Source: Eledone cirrhosa | Taxonomy: Eukaryota | Direction of reading: 5' to 3' | Assembly (NCBI GenBank): GCA_964016885.1 | Contig: OZ024748.1 | Coordinates: forward strand, 10,478,001 to 10,542,000 | DNA: 64,000 nt | Shown here: piece after piece, positions 35,305 to 44,279 of the stretch | Position numbering within the stretch: position 1 is the first letter of the stretch | How the letters are laid out: each line of letters opens with the position of its first letter | The notes under the pieces: generated by a model | The model's database searches: none | Told to the model about the DNA's origin: nothing | What the model saw: the letters and a program-made list of their open reading frames with translations, nothing else | Position numbers and translations under genes: made by a program

Positions 35305-36902
35305 TATATATTTATATATATACATATAAGTTAAAATATTTAAATTCAAGAACTAAACTTACCACTTTCAGTTCCAAACAAGTCAATATACAGATCGGAC
35401 CTAAAATTCTGAAAAACCAAATAATAGAGTGGTTAAAATTTCAGCAACTGAGCAAAAAACATTGTTAAAATGTTGGCAATTTACCATTGTAAACCTTTAG
35501 CATTTCCATACAACAAAAAAACACACAGTCCACACTGTAATGTGGCCGTGTAGGTAACACGGTAAAAACCTCCCACTGTAAACGTGGTTGGTGTTAGGAG
35601 TTAGGAAGGGCATCCAGCCGTAGAAAACCCGCCAGACAACCAATGTTGCCTCAAGTGGGAAATTCCCGTCCAAACCCAAGCAAGTGTGGAAGATGGACGT
35701 TGATGATTACTCTATATTTTTCATAGTATATATTTTGAGAACAATACATCAGCATGAGCAGCCAGTTACAGAGAATTCTGGCCGGATACGGCTGGTTTAA
35801 ATGCTAAAGGGCTAATAATGAAACGCATTTAATCAGACGCTCTAATGGTAGAGCTGCTACTTCTGCGAATTGAGAGATCACAGCTCTGAAACTATGGCCA
35901 TGTGGTTAGAATGTCTCAGGAAAGAATCACTGGACAGATTTTACAGGCAAAACCAACAGGTAGGAGACCCAGGGGTAGACCCCGAGCAAAATGGTTGCAT
36001 AACATCCATGGGCTTGGCTGGTCATGCTTGGGGATCCAGCCGGATCAGTTGGAGATGGGTGCTTCTGACAGGACCCGTTGGAAGGAGTGTATAAGGACTC
36101 TGACCCCATGACCCCCTCAGGAATAAGTGGGCAAAGAAGAAGAAGCTCTAATGGCTCTGCCAATTCATTACCTAATTTAATTAAATACAGCATATTTCAT
36201 TAGAAAGGGTTAATAATCTATTTACTTACCTGGAGCCATGTGATTTCAGGTGTCGGAAAGCATCACCTTCAAATTTATCAAACATATACACTGTGGTTTT
36301 ATCTTTCTGTGTTATATCAAAGCATTCATGTTCTTTAATCCACAGGGGTTTAAAACCATAAACCTTTAATGCCTAAGACAAATAACAATAATAATATTTT
36401 TTTATTTACTACAGTGGTAATAATAAATATTAAAAAATGTTTTAAATAATGTAAACACTTTAGATTATAATTTTGGCACAAAGATGGCAATTTGTGGTTA
36501 GGGAAAAAAGGTGGTTAAATCGACTCCAATACTTAACTGGTACTTTATCAACCCCAATACTTGACTGGTACTTTATTTTATCAACCCCAATACTTAACTG
36601 GTACTTTATCAACCCCAATACTTAACTGGTACTTTATCAACCCCAATACTTGACTGGTACTTTATTTTATCACTTTTTGTCGTGGCACAATTGAAAGAGA
36701 AAAATAATGTGATGATCAAAGCTGAAATATTAAAATTAAAATTCTAGGTGTCCTTCAGGATCAGAACAGAAATAGGGGCAGGGAAGATTTGGAATAGGGG
36801 TTAAACAACATGTGCACTTACGTTAAAAGCTTCTGTAGATTGAGAAGAAACTTCTCTATCTTTATACTGAATACATTTCACTTTGAAGTCAGTCTCTGCC
36901 AT
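6432..36902 (-). CDS. TOPBP1: TOPBP1 (DNA topoisomerase II-binding protein 1) orthologue, 37 coding exons in the window, 3' end (BRCT8) outside the window
   Basis: GT-AG exons join in consistent phase to 1408 aa. Segments match remembered human TOPBP1: [102 protein letters not shown]. Confidence 0.95.
6892..6985 (-). CDS. TOPBP1: TOPBP1 exon, BRCT7 ([14 protein letters not shown]...CTHLVVG)
   Basis: AG/GTAAG, strong homology. Confidence 0.93.
7409..7551 (-). CDS. TOPBP1: TOPBP1 exon (VAAPQP...[10 protein letters not shown])
   Basis: AG/GTGAG, BRCT7 start. Confidence 0.88.
8180..8249 (-). CDS. TOPBP1: TOPBP1 exon (TSTPEQPSI)
   Basis: AG/GTAAAT, resembles TPQAPSI. Confidence 0.82.
8838..8955 (-). 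CDS. TOPBP1: TOPBP1 exon ([17 protein letters not shown])
   Basis: AG/GTCAG, CPTQ motif. Confidence 0.88.
9000..9215. repeat. ~81-bp tandem repeat, ~2.6 copies
   Basis: cactctgtaaagtg...gatatcacatg at 9011, 9095 and 9176. Confidence 0.85.
9365..9452 (-). CDS. TOPBP1: TOPBP1 exon, ATR-activation motif ([16 protein letters not shown])
   Basis: Matches human EPSQNEQIIWDDPT. Confidence 0.92.
10095..10157 (-). CDS. TOPBP1: TOPBP1 exon ([13 protein letters not shown]...)
   Basis: AG/GTACG, phase 1-1; weak homology. Confidence 0.62.
10896..10927 (-). CDS. TOPBP1: TOPBP1 32-nt exon ([13 protein letters not shown]-like)
   Basis: Good pyrimidine tract and AG, GTAAT donor; needed to keep phase. Confidence 0.7.
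11036..11281. mobile_element. piggyBac-type MITE (TTAA + CCCTTTAGCATTTA TIR); family copies at ~7640-7868, 20059-20287, 20371-20582, 21732-21948, 23800-24017 and 37181-37372
   Basis: Ends TTAACCCTTTAGCATTTA ... TAAATGCTAAAGGGTTAA; conserved ~220-bp body. Confidence 0.82.
11514..11578 (-). CDS. TOPBP1: TOPBP1 exon, AAD coiled-coil region ([19 protein letters not shown])
   Basis: AG/GTAAG, resembles human EMRENFQKQLQEIM. Confidence 0.82.
12533..12772 (-). CDS. TOPBP1: TOPBP1 linker exon ([14 protein letters not shown]...)
   Basis: ORF 12494-12763, AG/GTAAG. Confidence 0.82.
13551..14145 (+). mobile_element. Non-autonomous Helitron-like element with an internal ~140-bp duplication
   Basis: A|TC...CTAG|T ends, 5' tctattctaaactataataaag, subterminal hairpin ccaccc-ttt-gggtgg. 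Confidence 0.65.
14541..14609 (-). CDS. TOPBP1: TOPBP1 exon ([14 protein letters not shown])
   Basis: AG/GTAAG, homology. Confidence 0.92.
15467..15550 (-). CDS. TOPBP1: TOPBP1 exon ([11 protein letters not shown]...IVSPYWL)
   Basis: AG/GTTTG, homology. Confidence 0.9.
15600..15897. repeat. Degenerate (ACA/GCA/CCA)n triplet repeat with a 60-bp duplication
   Basis: Explains the low-complexity ORFs in three frames. Confidence 0.9.
15914..16357. repeat. 40-bp minisatellite, 11 copies
   Basis: aacagttatgtaaaacagatctggcttgattttttttcagt repeated from 15921 to 16322. Confidence 0.95.
16374..16520 (-). CDS. TOPBP1: TOPBP1 exon, BRCT6 ([14 protein letters not shown]...THFIFQ)
   Basis: AG/GTAAG, strong homology. 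Confidence 0.93.
16570..17330. mobile_element. Cluster of Nin/Deu-domain tRNA SINE copies; further copies at ~9500, 13185-13540, 14185-14480, 21310-21730, 23310-23525, 26915-27125, 48835-48995, 55018-55165 and 58545-58770
   Basis: Recurrent gcctttcatccttacggggtcgataaaataaagtaccag (Nin/Deu-like core) with GAGTTCAAATCC B box. Confidence 0.8.
17366..17473 (-). CDS. TOPBP1: TOPBP1 exon ([14 protein letters not shown]...)
   Basis: AG/GTAAG, phase 0-0. Confidence 0.82.
17511..17854 (-). mobile_element. Same SINE family, reverse copy; older head/core copies at ~12090-12370, ~14755-14870, ~18440-18680 and ~59845-60090
   Basis: Reverse complement of 31455-31793. Confidence 0.88.
18021..18360 (-). 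mobile_element. 5'-truncated 3' end (ORF tip, 3' UTR and (GAT)n tail) of the same RTE family as 1-6121
   Basis: 18281-18360 matches window 1-71; ends in (CAT)n on the plus strand; abuts (TA)n. Confidence 0.9.
18728..18796 (-). CDS. TOPBP1: TOPBP1 exon ([12 protein letters not shown]...RRSSI)
   Basis: AG/GTAAG, phase 0-0. Confidence 0.78.
19295..19574. mobile_element. hAT-like MITE inserted in (TA)n
   Basis: Imperfect 14-bp TIRs CAAGGGCGAAGGGT / ACCCTTCGCTACTG. Confidence 0.55.
19658..19783 (-). CDS. TOPBP1: TOPBP1 exon ([20 protein letters not shown])
   Basis: TPSKFL motif; donor chosen to keep phase. Confidence 0.85.
20771..21251 (-). CDS. TOPBP1: TOPBP1 large exon ([17 protein letters not shown]... 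linker)
   Basis: Within ORF 20678-21325; AG/GTATG. Confidence 0.9.
22178..22306 (-). CDS. TOPBP1: TOPBP1 exon, BRCT5 ([19 protein letters not shown])
   Basis: AG/GTAAG, homology. Confidence 0.93.
22698..23035 (+). mobile_element. Degraded RTE LINE 3' fragment
   Basis: Remnant RLCWFGHVM...[13 protein letters not shown] followed by the gcaagcatggaaaagcggatg tail. Confidence 0.8.
23648..23707 (-). CDS. TOPBP1: TOPBP1 exon ([16 protein letters not shown])
   Basis: AG/GTAAT, homology. Confidence 0.9.
24031..24143 (-). CDS. TOPBP1: TOPBP1 exon (NPLFQPI...[10 protein letters not shown])
   Basis: AG/GTAAG, BRCT5 start. Confidence 0.92.
24748..24854 (-). CDS. TOPBP1: TOPBP1 exon ([10 protein letters not shown]...EVVTHVWL)
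   Basis: AG/GTCAGT, homology. Confidence 0.92.
25348..25458 (-). CDS. TOPBP1: TOPBP1 exon, BRCT4 ([13 protein letters not shown])
   Basis: AG/GTATG, homology. Confidence 0.88.
25972..26046 (-). CDS. TOPBP1: TOPBP1 linker exon ([11 protein letters not shown]...)
   Basis: AG/GTAAAT, phase 1-1; weak homology. Confidence 0.7.
26473..26633 (-). CDS. TOPBP1: TOPBP1 linker exon ([11 protein letters not shown])
   Basis: AG/GTAGG, phase fits. Confidence 0.82.
27632..27754 (-). CDS. TOPBP1: TOPBP1 exon ([13 protein letters not shown])
   Basis: AG/GTGAGT, homology. Confidence 0.88.
28031..28384. mobile_element. Second TTAA/CCCTTT MITE family (related copy at ~57964-58193)
   Basis: ttaacccttt...ggttggtatcaaaagggttca ends. 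Confidence 0.6.
28406..28495 (-). CDS. TOPBP1: TOPBP1 exon ([14 protein letters not shown])
   Basis: AG/GTATG, homology. Confidence 0.92.
28677..29065 (+). mobile_element. tRNA-headed SINE (CORE/Meta-like middle) with RTE-derived tail
   Basis: A box TGGCTTAGTGG, B box GAGTTCAATTC, ttgagcaagacactttatttcac core, tail shared with the LINE 3' UTR, (GAT)n end. Confidence 0.88.
29287..29360 (-). CDS. TOPBP1: TOPBP1 exon, BRCT3 (IYLSGFRG...IINVGGGTR)
   Basis: AG/GTAGG, homology. Confidence 0.92.
29876..30236. repeat. 78-bp minisatellite (~4.6 copies) built from the RTE/SINE 3' terminal hairpin
   Basis: gctagcatgg at 29880, 29958, 30036, 30114 and 30192. Confidence 0.92.
30368..30534 (-). CDS. TOPBP1: TOPBP1 exon (...SFLDGCK)
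   Basis: AG/GTAAAT, BRCT3 start. Confidence 0.85.
31333..31370 (+). ncRNA. Minimal type I hammerhead ribozyme (Penelope-like element type), intact core
   Basis: gcc-CTGATGA-gtcct(taat)aggac-GAAA-c(att)g-TC-ggc, then AATAAA. Confidence 0.8.
31455..31793 (+). mobile_element. Same SINE family, near-identical copy
   Basis: High identity to 28677-29065; flanked by (TA)n on both sides. Confidence 0.88.
32001..32177 (-). CDS. TOPBP1: TOPBP1 exon ([28 protein letters not shown])
   Basis: AG/GTCAGT, strong homology. Confidence 0.92.
32384..32449 (-). CDS. TOPBP1: TOPBP1 exon ([22 protein letters not shown])
   Basis: AG/GTAAG, homology. Confidence 0.92.
32687..32814 (-). CDS. TOPBP1: TOPBP1 exon, BRCT2 ([14 protein letters not shown])
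   Basis: AG/GTAAGT, homology. Confidence 0.92.
33133..33206 (-). CDS. TOPBP1: TOPBP1 exon ([15 protein letters not shown])
   Basis: AG/GTATG, homology. Confidence 0.92.
33562..33669 (-). CDS. TOPBP1: TOPBP1 exon, BRCT1 ([27 protein letters not shown])
   Basis: AG/GTATG, strong homology. Confidence 0.93.
34839..34925 (-). CDS. TOPBP1: TOPBP1 exon ([24 protein letters not shown])
   Basis: AG/GTAAG, BRCT1 start. Confidence 0.9.
35363..35408 (-). CDS. TOPBP1: TOPBP1 exon ([11 protein letters not shown])
   Basis: AG/GTAAG, phase fits. Confidence 0.88.
35864..36146 (+). mobile_element. 3' fragment of a second RTE family (Rex3/Expander-like) with (GAA)n tail; related copies at ~8660-8822 (+) and ~38405-38590 (-)
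   Basis: LRIERSQL...HVVRM...[14 protein letters not shown]...LGWSCLGI; shared end cctcaggaataagtg...gaagaagaa. Confidence 0.8.
36230..36372 (-). CDS. TOPBP1: TOPBP1 exon, BRCT0 ([21 protein letters not shown])
   Basis: AG/GTAAGT boundaries, homology. Confidence 0.88.
36520..36672. repeat. 30-35-bp tandem repeat derived from a Nin-SINE segment
   Basis: caaccccaatactt(a/g)actggtactttat x5. Confidence 0.8.
36822..36902 (-). CDS. TOPBP1: TOPBP1 coding exon 1 ([12 protein letters not shown]...AFN)
   Basis: ATG at 36902, GTAAGT donor; acceptor for this exon at ~36961 implies an upstream non-coding exon. Confidence 0.8.
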
Positions 36903-37789
36903 GATGATGATGCTGCTGCTCACAAATATAGTGACAACAACAAAACATCCAGCATGACAACCTGCCAAATATAGGAGGAAACAAAGGCATTAGTACAATG
37001 TGCAATACACAAATTAATTAATGACTAAATTAAATAAATAATTAGCTATTTAATATAGAAGGAAACACATACAGTCATCCTTTTGTTGTCATATTTCTAA
37101 TAAAAGACACTGTTCATGATTTTCAAATAATTTTGAAAGCAATCAAGGTTGTGAAGGAATTTGATAATATAACTAACTTTTTAACTCTTTAGCATTTTCA
37201 TTACTCTATATTTACAATTATATTTTCATGATAACATAATATCTAATCTATGAGATTTTGATATTATTTATTTTTAGAACAATACCTTAACATCAGTATG
37301 AGCAGCCGGTTTGAACAGAAAGAGGTGAGAGAATTCTGGCAGGATATGGCTGGATAAAATGCTAAAGGGTTAGCACAAAATCTCACAATGTCATGAAAGA
37401 CCATTGACATTATATAAAAATTATTGAGCAGTATCTAATGAAAACAGAACACGCTATTAAAAGGAACAAAAAAAAAAAAAGGACATGTAAAGAAAAAGAA
37501 AAAAAGGAAGAGGGACAGATACTACACTCCAGTCTCAGCTGTGCCTCACGTACAAAATGGCAAAGCATTACTGCAGAAGATGGCCAAAGACAGAAGCTGC
37601 AACAGCCACACCATCTAATGGCGCTCCCTCCTCAAGCAGGTCACCGTCTTTACAGAAGAAATCAGCAGTACAGGGACCAAGGACGCCAAGGGTTTTAATG
37701 GAGACCAATGCAAAGAGGAAGCTGTCAGCCAGGGTCTGGTATTTGACTAACTTCCTCTCCTGTGGAGACCGGGTTTGTGGCCAAAGTGA

Positions 37790-38072
37790 CCTGCAGAAGA
37801 TGGTGCTGAATGATGACCAGAAGGAGCGGCACTTGCAGGTGTGTCAGGATATCCTTGAGTGTCGTGAAACCAAACCAGACTTGCTGGTGAAAGTCATCAC
37901 CAGTGATGAGTCTAGGGGACCTATTTTCCAGATGTAGAAGCTATCATGAGGGCTATGACGACGGAGATGAAGGCGGACGGGGGGATTATTTTGAAGGGGA
38001 AAAGTTTATAGTTTGGATTTAAAATATTTTTTTTTGCGACCCCATTCCTGTTTCTTTTCTGACACACCTCTT
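37790..38072 (+). mobile_element. Internally deleted mariner transposase relic with right TIR
   Basis: LNDDQKERHLQVCQDILEC...PDLLVKVITSDES, GDYFEG remnant, cttttctgacacacctc end. Confidence 0.8.
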
Positions 38073-39124
38073 AAATACTACCATAGAGCAGTGGATTAGC
38101 ATAATTGTGAGAGTGTCATATAAGATGCCTTGAGGTATTTGTTCTGGTTCTTTATCTCTTGAGTTCAAATCCCGATGCAGCCTACATGAGTGATAGATAT
38201 AATCCATTGACCAGTTTAACACCACCATTTCACCTTATGGTACTTTTATCAATCTCCTGTGTTGCCAGAATTTGAGACAAGTCTCCAAAATGAAGTTATC
38301 TCTCTCCATCCCACCATCCAGTCTCAGAAACTCTGAAAAAGATATTGGATACTGTTTCCTTCTCTGACTAAAATGTTTAGTCCAAATGTCCCTTAACTGA
38401 AATCCTTCTTCTTCGCCCACTTACTCCTAGGAGGGCCATGAGGTAGAAGTCTTCAGACATCCCTTCCAGAAAGTCCTGTCAGAAGCAACCATCTCTAATT
38501 GATCCAGCTGGATCCCAAAGTGAGACCAGCTGAGCTCACGGATGTTATCCAACCATTTGGCACGGGGTCTATCTACTCTGGGTTACCTGCTGACTGATTT
38601 TAAAAAGAAGGAAAGACACATTGGATAATGTAGTCTTAGACAAACTGTTTGAAGGGTGATGATGGCTGGAATAGTTCATCTTAGATACACAGGTTCCACC
38701 TCAGTAGTGACTTGGTATGTATGGCTCCATCCAACCCTTGTTAGCAAGGAGAGTGGACGTTAAAACGGTGATGGTGATGATACACAATGTTTGAAGGAAG
38801 AGAAGATAGGATAGTCAAAACTGGAACATTTATGATGATAGGTAAGCTTAATTAAGGCTGCCCTAGGGTTAAACAACAACTATCTTGCTAACTAACGAAT
38901 GACCTGCTAGAAATAGCAGACAAATCTCATCCTATCGTCTTTGACTCTAGATCTGCTGTATCAACGCTGACTTGGTGACAAAAACAACTCAGATGTTTCC
39001 TATGCGATCGCTTCACACGCTAGAAATAACACCCAAACCTCCCTCAAAACACACCCTTCTGTCTTTAAAAGAAGAAAGATATAATGTTAGTACTAAATTC
39101 ACTATATCTGAGACAGAGAGGGGG

Positions 39125-39432
39125 GGGGGGGAGACATGATGGTCATGCCCGGAACGTCTATGACCATATGAACCTGATTGGTTGAGAGAAAGGGAGAGGA
39201 GACGGGATGATCATGTCCGGAACGTCTGTGATCATGGGTATATGAGAGAGGGATAGGGGGGAGACATGATGGTCATGCCCGGAACGTCTATGATCAAGGG
39301 TGCCTGAGAGAGAGAGAGAGATGGGGGAGACATGATGGTCATGGCCGGAACGTCTATGAACATATGAGCCTGATTGGTTGAGAGAAAGGGAGAGGAGACT
39401 GGATGGTCATGCCCGGAACGTCCATGATCATG
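39125..39432. repeat. Minisatellite, ~6 variant copies of gatggtcatgcccggaacgtctatga
   Basis: Direct repeats seen in the sequence. Confidence 0.85.
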
Positions 39433-40087
39433 TATGCTTGATGAGTTCAAGTTTAAGATCTCGGATTTAAACATTGGGCAAATGACATAACATCTGCCAA
39501 AATGCAAAGTTGTCAAACATGATCACGAAAGGGAGTATAGGTGAGTTAAAAGAAGTAAAAAAGAATGTCAAGTAGCCATCTTAAATATTAAAATAATCGA
39601 TAATTTAGATACACATATTTCTAAATATTTCAACCATATAACTTGATCTTAGTTTTTAAGGATTGCTTATAAGGTTTCATTTAAAAATGAAAAAAAAATT
39701 AGGAGTTTTTAAATGGTGTTCAGCAGAGAATTTCTTATAAATTTCTTGTTATATATATATATACATACATACACACACACTATATTTAGGTTTAATCGAT
39801 ACATATAAACTATATATCAGTTATGTTTATCAATAAAAAAGCTCCATAAACAGCATCATAAGTTTAAACTGTATACGTCCTTTTTTAGATAGCGTTTAAA
39901 CTTGCGTATATATATATATATACATACACACACATGGTTTACGAAAATCATTAATGTTATTTCAGCGATTTCCAACCATGACTCACTCAACGAGATAATT
40001 GCAGTTGTGAAACTGCATCTCGATGTCCACAGTGCACACATAATAGTTATATAGTGAGTGCAGTGGTTGTCTTTAGGTAAAGATACG

Positions 40088-40124
<37 letters not shown>

Positions 40125-42518
40125 GATAATAGTAGTGATCAGTTTCCGTTAGTTGAATTTGATTAGCAAGCATTGACGAAACTCGAGTACAAGTCAACCG
40201 ATATACATATATATATATATATATATACAAGTGGAAGGTTATATACACACACATATATATATATATAGTAAATAGTTAGTTCCCGACGGCTGGGCTCACG
40301 CCGTTTTCCAAATATCGAGTGGTTAGCCGAACATGGTCTTACTAATCAATCATAACTGGCAACTCCCAATCTATTTATATACACACACGACTCTACCGAC
40401 AAGTATTGAGTCATCACATCGCTAAATATACACCTCTACATCTACAACACAACAGTAAAGTACACACACTCAGATACATGTGTGTGTGTGTGTATATATA
40501 TATATAAATATATATATATATAAATGTATATATAATGCAAACACACATGGTACTTTGTTGGTGGACGTAGTGGAAAGCAGAAAATATCATTCAATGGATG
40601 GACGTGGTTAGAAAGATATTAAGACAATATTTGATTTAAAAGAAAATACTATTTAGATAACGAAGATAAGACATTTTCTTGAATATTATCGAAATTACTG
40701 GCCTTGCAACTGTACCTGAGCCTGGAAATTAAGATTCAGTACTTTAAAACAATCCTATAACTTTTAGTTTGTTGGTGTCAATAATATTGATGTAACCTTT
40801 CCATGTGTTTGTTGTCGTCTGGTATGCATTTTCGTAGTTTTTGACAATGTTTTGATTTAAACATGTTTATTTCTTTTGAAAAATAAAAGTAATTAATGAA
40901 TTTGTTAAAATATATATGTATACATTTTTTGAAAATAATAACGATAAAATATTTGATATAAAAAATAACGATATTAATGACTACTTTACTGAAAAAGTCG
41001 GTTAAAATTCGGATCTTTCACACAATAGTTTGCCGCCAATTTTACTCAAGTCACGTACAAACGAGATTTTACAATTAACTTTAATATCGTTGATGATTTA
41101 ATAAGAAATTTGCCTTATAATATTTCAAATAATTTTATTAAACCCCTATTTTTAGCCAAATTTTCATAAGTTTAAATGAATACACATAACGATTGTAATA
41201 AAATATTATTGATTAGTTTTCGGAAAGTAGTCTTCTTCGAGAATAGCAAAGCTCGGGTTAACTACTGCCATTGTTTGGGCTTACTTTAAAACATTTTTAA
41301 GCAATGCAAATGTAACTTCTAAAACCCATATTTGTAATATAAAATAGCGGGTAAGTATAAACATATAGTTGAAAAATGATTTATTTGTTTTCGATTCCAT
41401 AAATGCATATATAATCTAAATATTATTTAATGTATCAGCGTGGCTTTGATGGTGATATGGAAAATATTTTTTTTCTTTGTTAACCAACCACCAGCATTTT
41501 CATTTATCTTCCATTGGAGAAACGAATACGTATATAATATACAATATATATTAGTAAATCATATTCATGTTTTTTATTAAGTAGATCTATTTAATAATGT
41601 TTCTAGCTAATCATTGCTATATTTTGATCACCATTAATTCTCTATCTCCAGTCTTAATTAATAATTATTTTTGACAATCAAACCTTTTGGTCTCTCTCTT
41701 TTCCAACAAGACTAGCGATAATTTACTCCCAACATATATATATATGAATATATGATGGTTTGCTACAAGTATATAAAATAAAGTACCTGCTTCGCCTTTT
41801 TAATTGAATTTTTTTGTAATCGATAAATGATATTACTGGAAGGTGAAGCAAAAAAAAAAAATCATAAAACACCGATGAAATAGATTTGCTCAGTGTCCGT
41901 CCGCCATCAAAGAAAAGGCTTCTTTAAAACAAAGCTTTTTTTTTTCTATAATTTTCCGTACTAAATACTGGGATTTTATATATTTTTGATAAATTTTTAT
42001 AATTTCATCATTTATTTTCTATGTTTTATTAATTTATTATTTACACAACTGATTGCGAACTATTTAGGAATATAATGTACGATTTATTTCTCACTTCCAT
42101 AAGCTTTTAAGCTTTCTTTTTAATTTTGCAAACGTATTGGATATCAATAATTGCTAAATATACTAGTTAAATATAGTAAGATAGAGATATGGGTATTAAT
42201 TATAAACAGGCCTATCTTGTGCTAATATTTACGTTTTATTCTCTCTTCGATACTATTTTAATACGATCTTTACATCTCTTTTGATGTTTAGATGTCTGTA
42301 TATTGGTGGAATTGTTAAAGTTATACGTTCTGAGTTCAAATCCCACCTCCTTTTTTAATTGACAATTGACAGATAGTCTCAGCAGCGGAAACATGGTTTC
42401 CCTGGTCCGATCCGACGAGCAGTTTCTATCTGCATGTAAAAAATAAACAAAGATAAAGCAAACGATACAGTGCATTGAAGAAATATATATATATACTTTA
42501 GGGATTACCATAACAGAA

Positions 42519-42582
42519 GTCCGATGAGCTTTTGATTCCAGACTCGAACCTTGAGCTGGTCAATCGCGAAACGCGCGTCACA
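42519..42582 (+). ncRNA. Hammerhead-like motif with U4C core change, extended stem II and palindromic helix III
   Basis: CCGATGA-[GC/TTGA/CCAG/CTC stems]-GAA-ACGCGCGT-C, AATAAA at 42587. Confidence 0.6.
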
Positions 42583-43628
42583 CCGCAATAAATGTAATGA
42601 AAATGTAACCTCGTCCATATTATTACATACACACATATATATATTATTTTATTTTAACCACAATTACCAATAATAAACGATCAGTGAAGTTAAAAATTCC
42701 CCTCATCCTCCACCCCCCAGAAAGAGCCCCACCAATTCGTTCTGGGAATTAAAGGAAGAAGAATTAGCCTCGAACTTCTTAATTCCGACATCAATATAGT
42801 AGTAGTAGTCCTACTTTGGTGATGGGATTATTGACAACTGGGACATTAAACGATATGGCTTATAGTTGATGGATTCCATCTAAGTTTTAATCATCACATT
42901 TCTTAATCTATATTTTATTTATTGTTATATATAGTGTATATAGAACTATATTATTAAAATGTGCTTTTTTTTTAAATAAAAAAACAAACTCATTGTAGAT
43001 GTGATTTAAAAGCATTTCTACAATTATTTTTAGTATCTGGGGAAAAACCTGAGAGAGTAGTGTGTTAGTGGTGGTGGGGTTTCGGTACCACCCCCCATAC
43101 CTCCCCTGTAGCTCTTTTGAAAATATCTTCGGGTTTCTACATTTTAAATATAGGAAGATTATGATACGATTTTGCCAAATTTTCAATGTAGAATTTTATC
43201 GTGCAAAAAGCAACGACCGGTGATGTACTTATTTTCGAAGCTCCACCGAAAACGATAAATATTTAAATTGAAAATAAAAATAACTTGTAATTGAAAAGGG
43301 GATACGGAAAGGTAAAAACAAAACCAAAAAACACCCATCTCCTTACACACTAACGAAAGATTGCATTGGAAATTACTCTTCCCTAAGAAATAGAGCATCA
43401 TTGTGTTAAATGCGTGAAGGGAATAAACAAAAACGTGTTTACAGTTGTTCAATTATCACAGCGAGATTTATAATTGAGGGAAAAAAGAACTAGTTAATAT
43501 TCCGATATTTAATTTATCGTAACTTTTCTAATATGCGGTGTTTTACATAAATTAATATTTGGAGTAGAGGAACCCCTAATTCGACTGTGGTCTTGAGTAC
43601 TCATTTTCGCTACCATTAATACTAAAAA

Positions 43629-43681
<53 letters not shown>

Positions 43682-44235
43682 TTTATGAATATGTTAAATC
43701 TATATCTCTCCACCCACCCCGCCTCTGGTTAATAACTGGAAATGAAATATATTTCATTTCCATTTTCAGTTATTTTACTGCTTTTATAACCAACAATCGT
43801 CTCACTTATTGATGATGATGGGGATGATAATTTTCCTAGTAACCATCAATTACTGAGTATTTATTTAATTTTATCGTTATCAGTACGTTAATTAAGACGT
43901 CTATGTGTCTATCTGCACGGCAAGCATCTTTAGTGCAATGGCAGCTGCTATAGGTGCTGTCTTTACCGTGTCAATAAGATGTGACGTTAGATACTATTTA
44001 CACGAAAGTTAATACAAATTTGACGACGGCATCTTTAATTAATTAATCGATATTTCTGGCATAGTTTCTGCTCATTTATGACTGTGATTCGGTAATCTTT
44101 CGTTTTAAGATCATAGATAACTTCTGGTAATTTCCGTGGGAGAAAGGTTTTTTTAATTTTATTTTATTATGGCTAAATACTGAGTTTTGTTACTCTGGTG
44201 TTTAGCTTGTTTATCACAGTGTCCTCAAACAAGAA

Positions 44236-44279
<44 letters not shown>

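Noticed and set aside
37557-37937. 126-aa ORF as a gene
   Set aside because: Chance fusion of an unidentified fragment with a mariner transposase remnant
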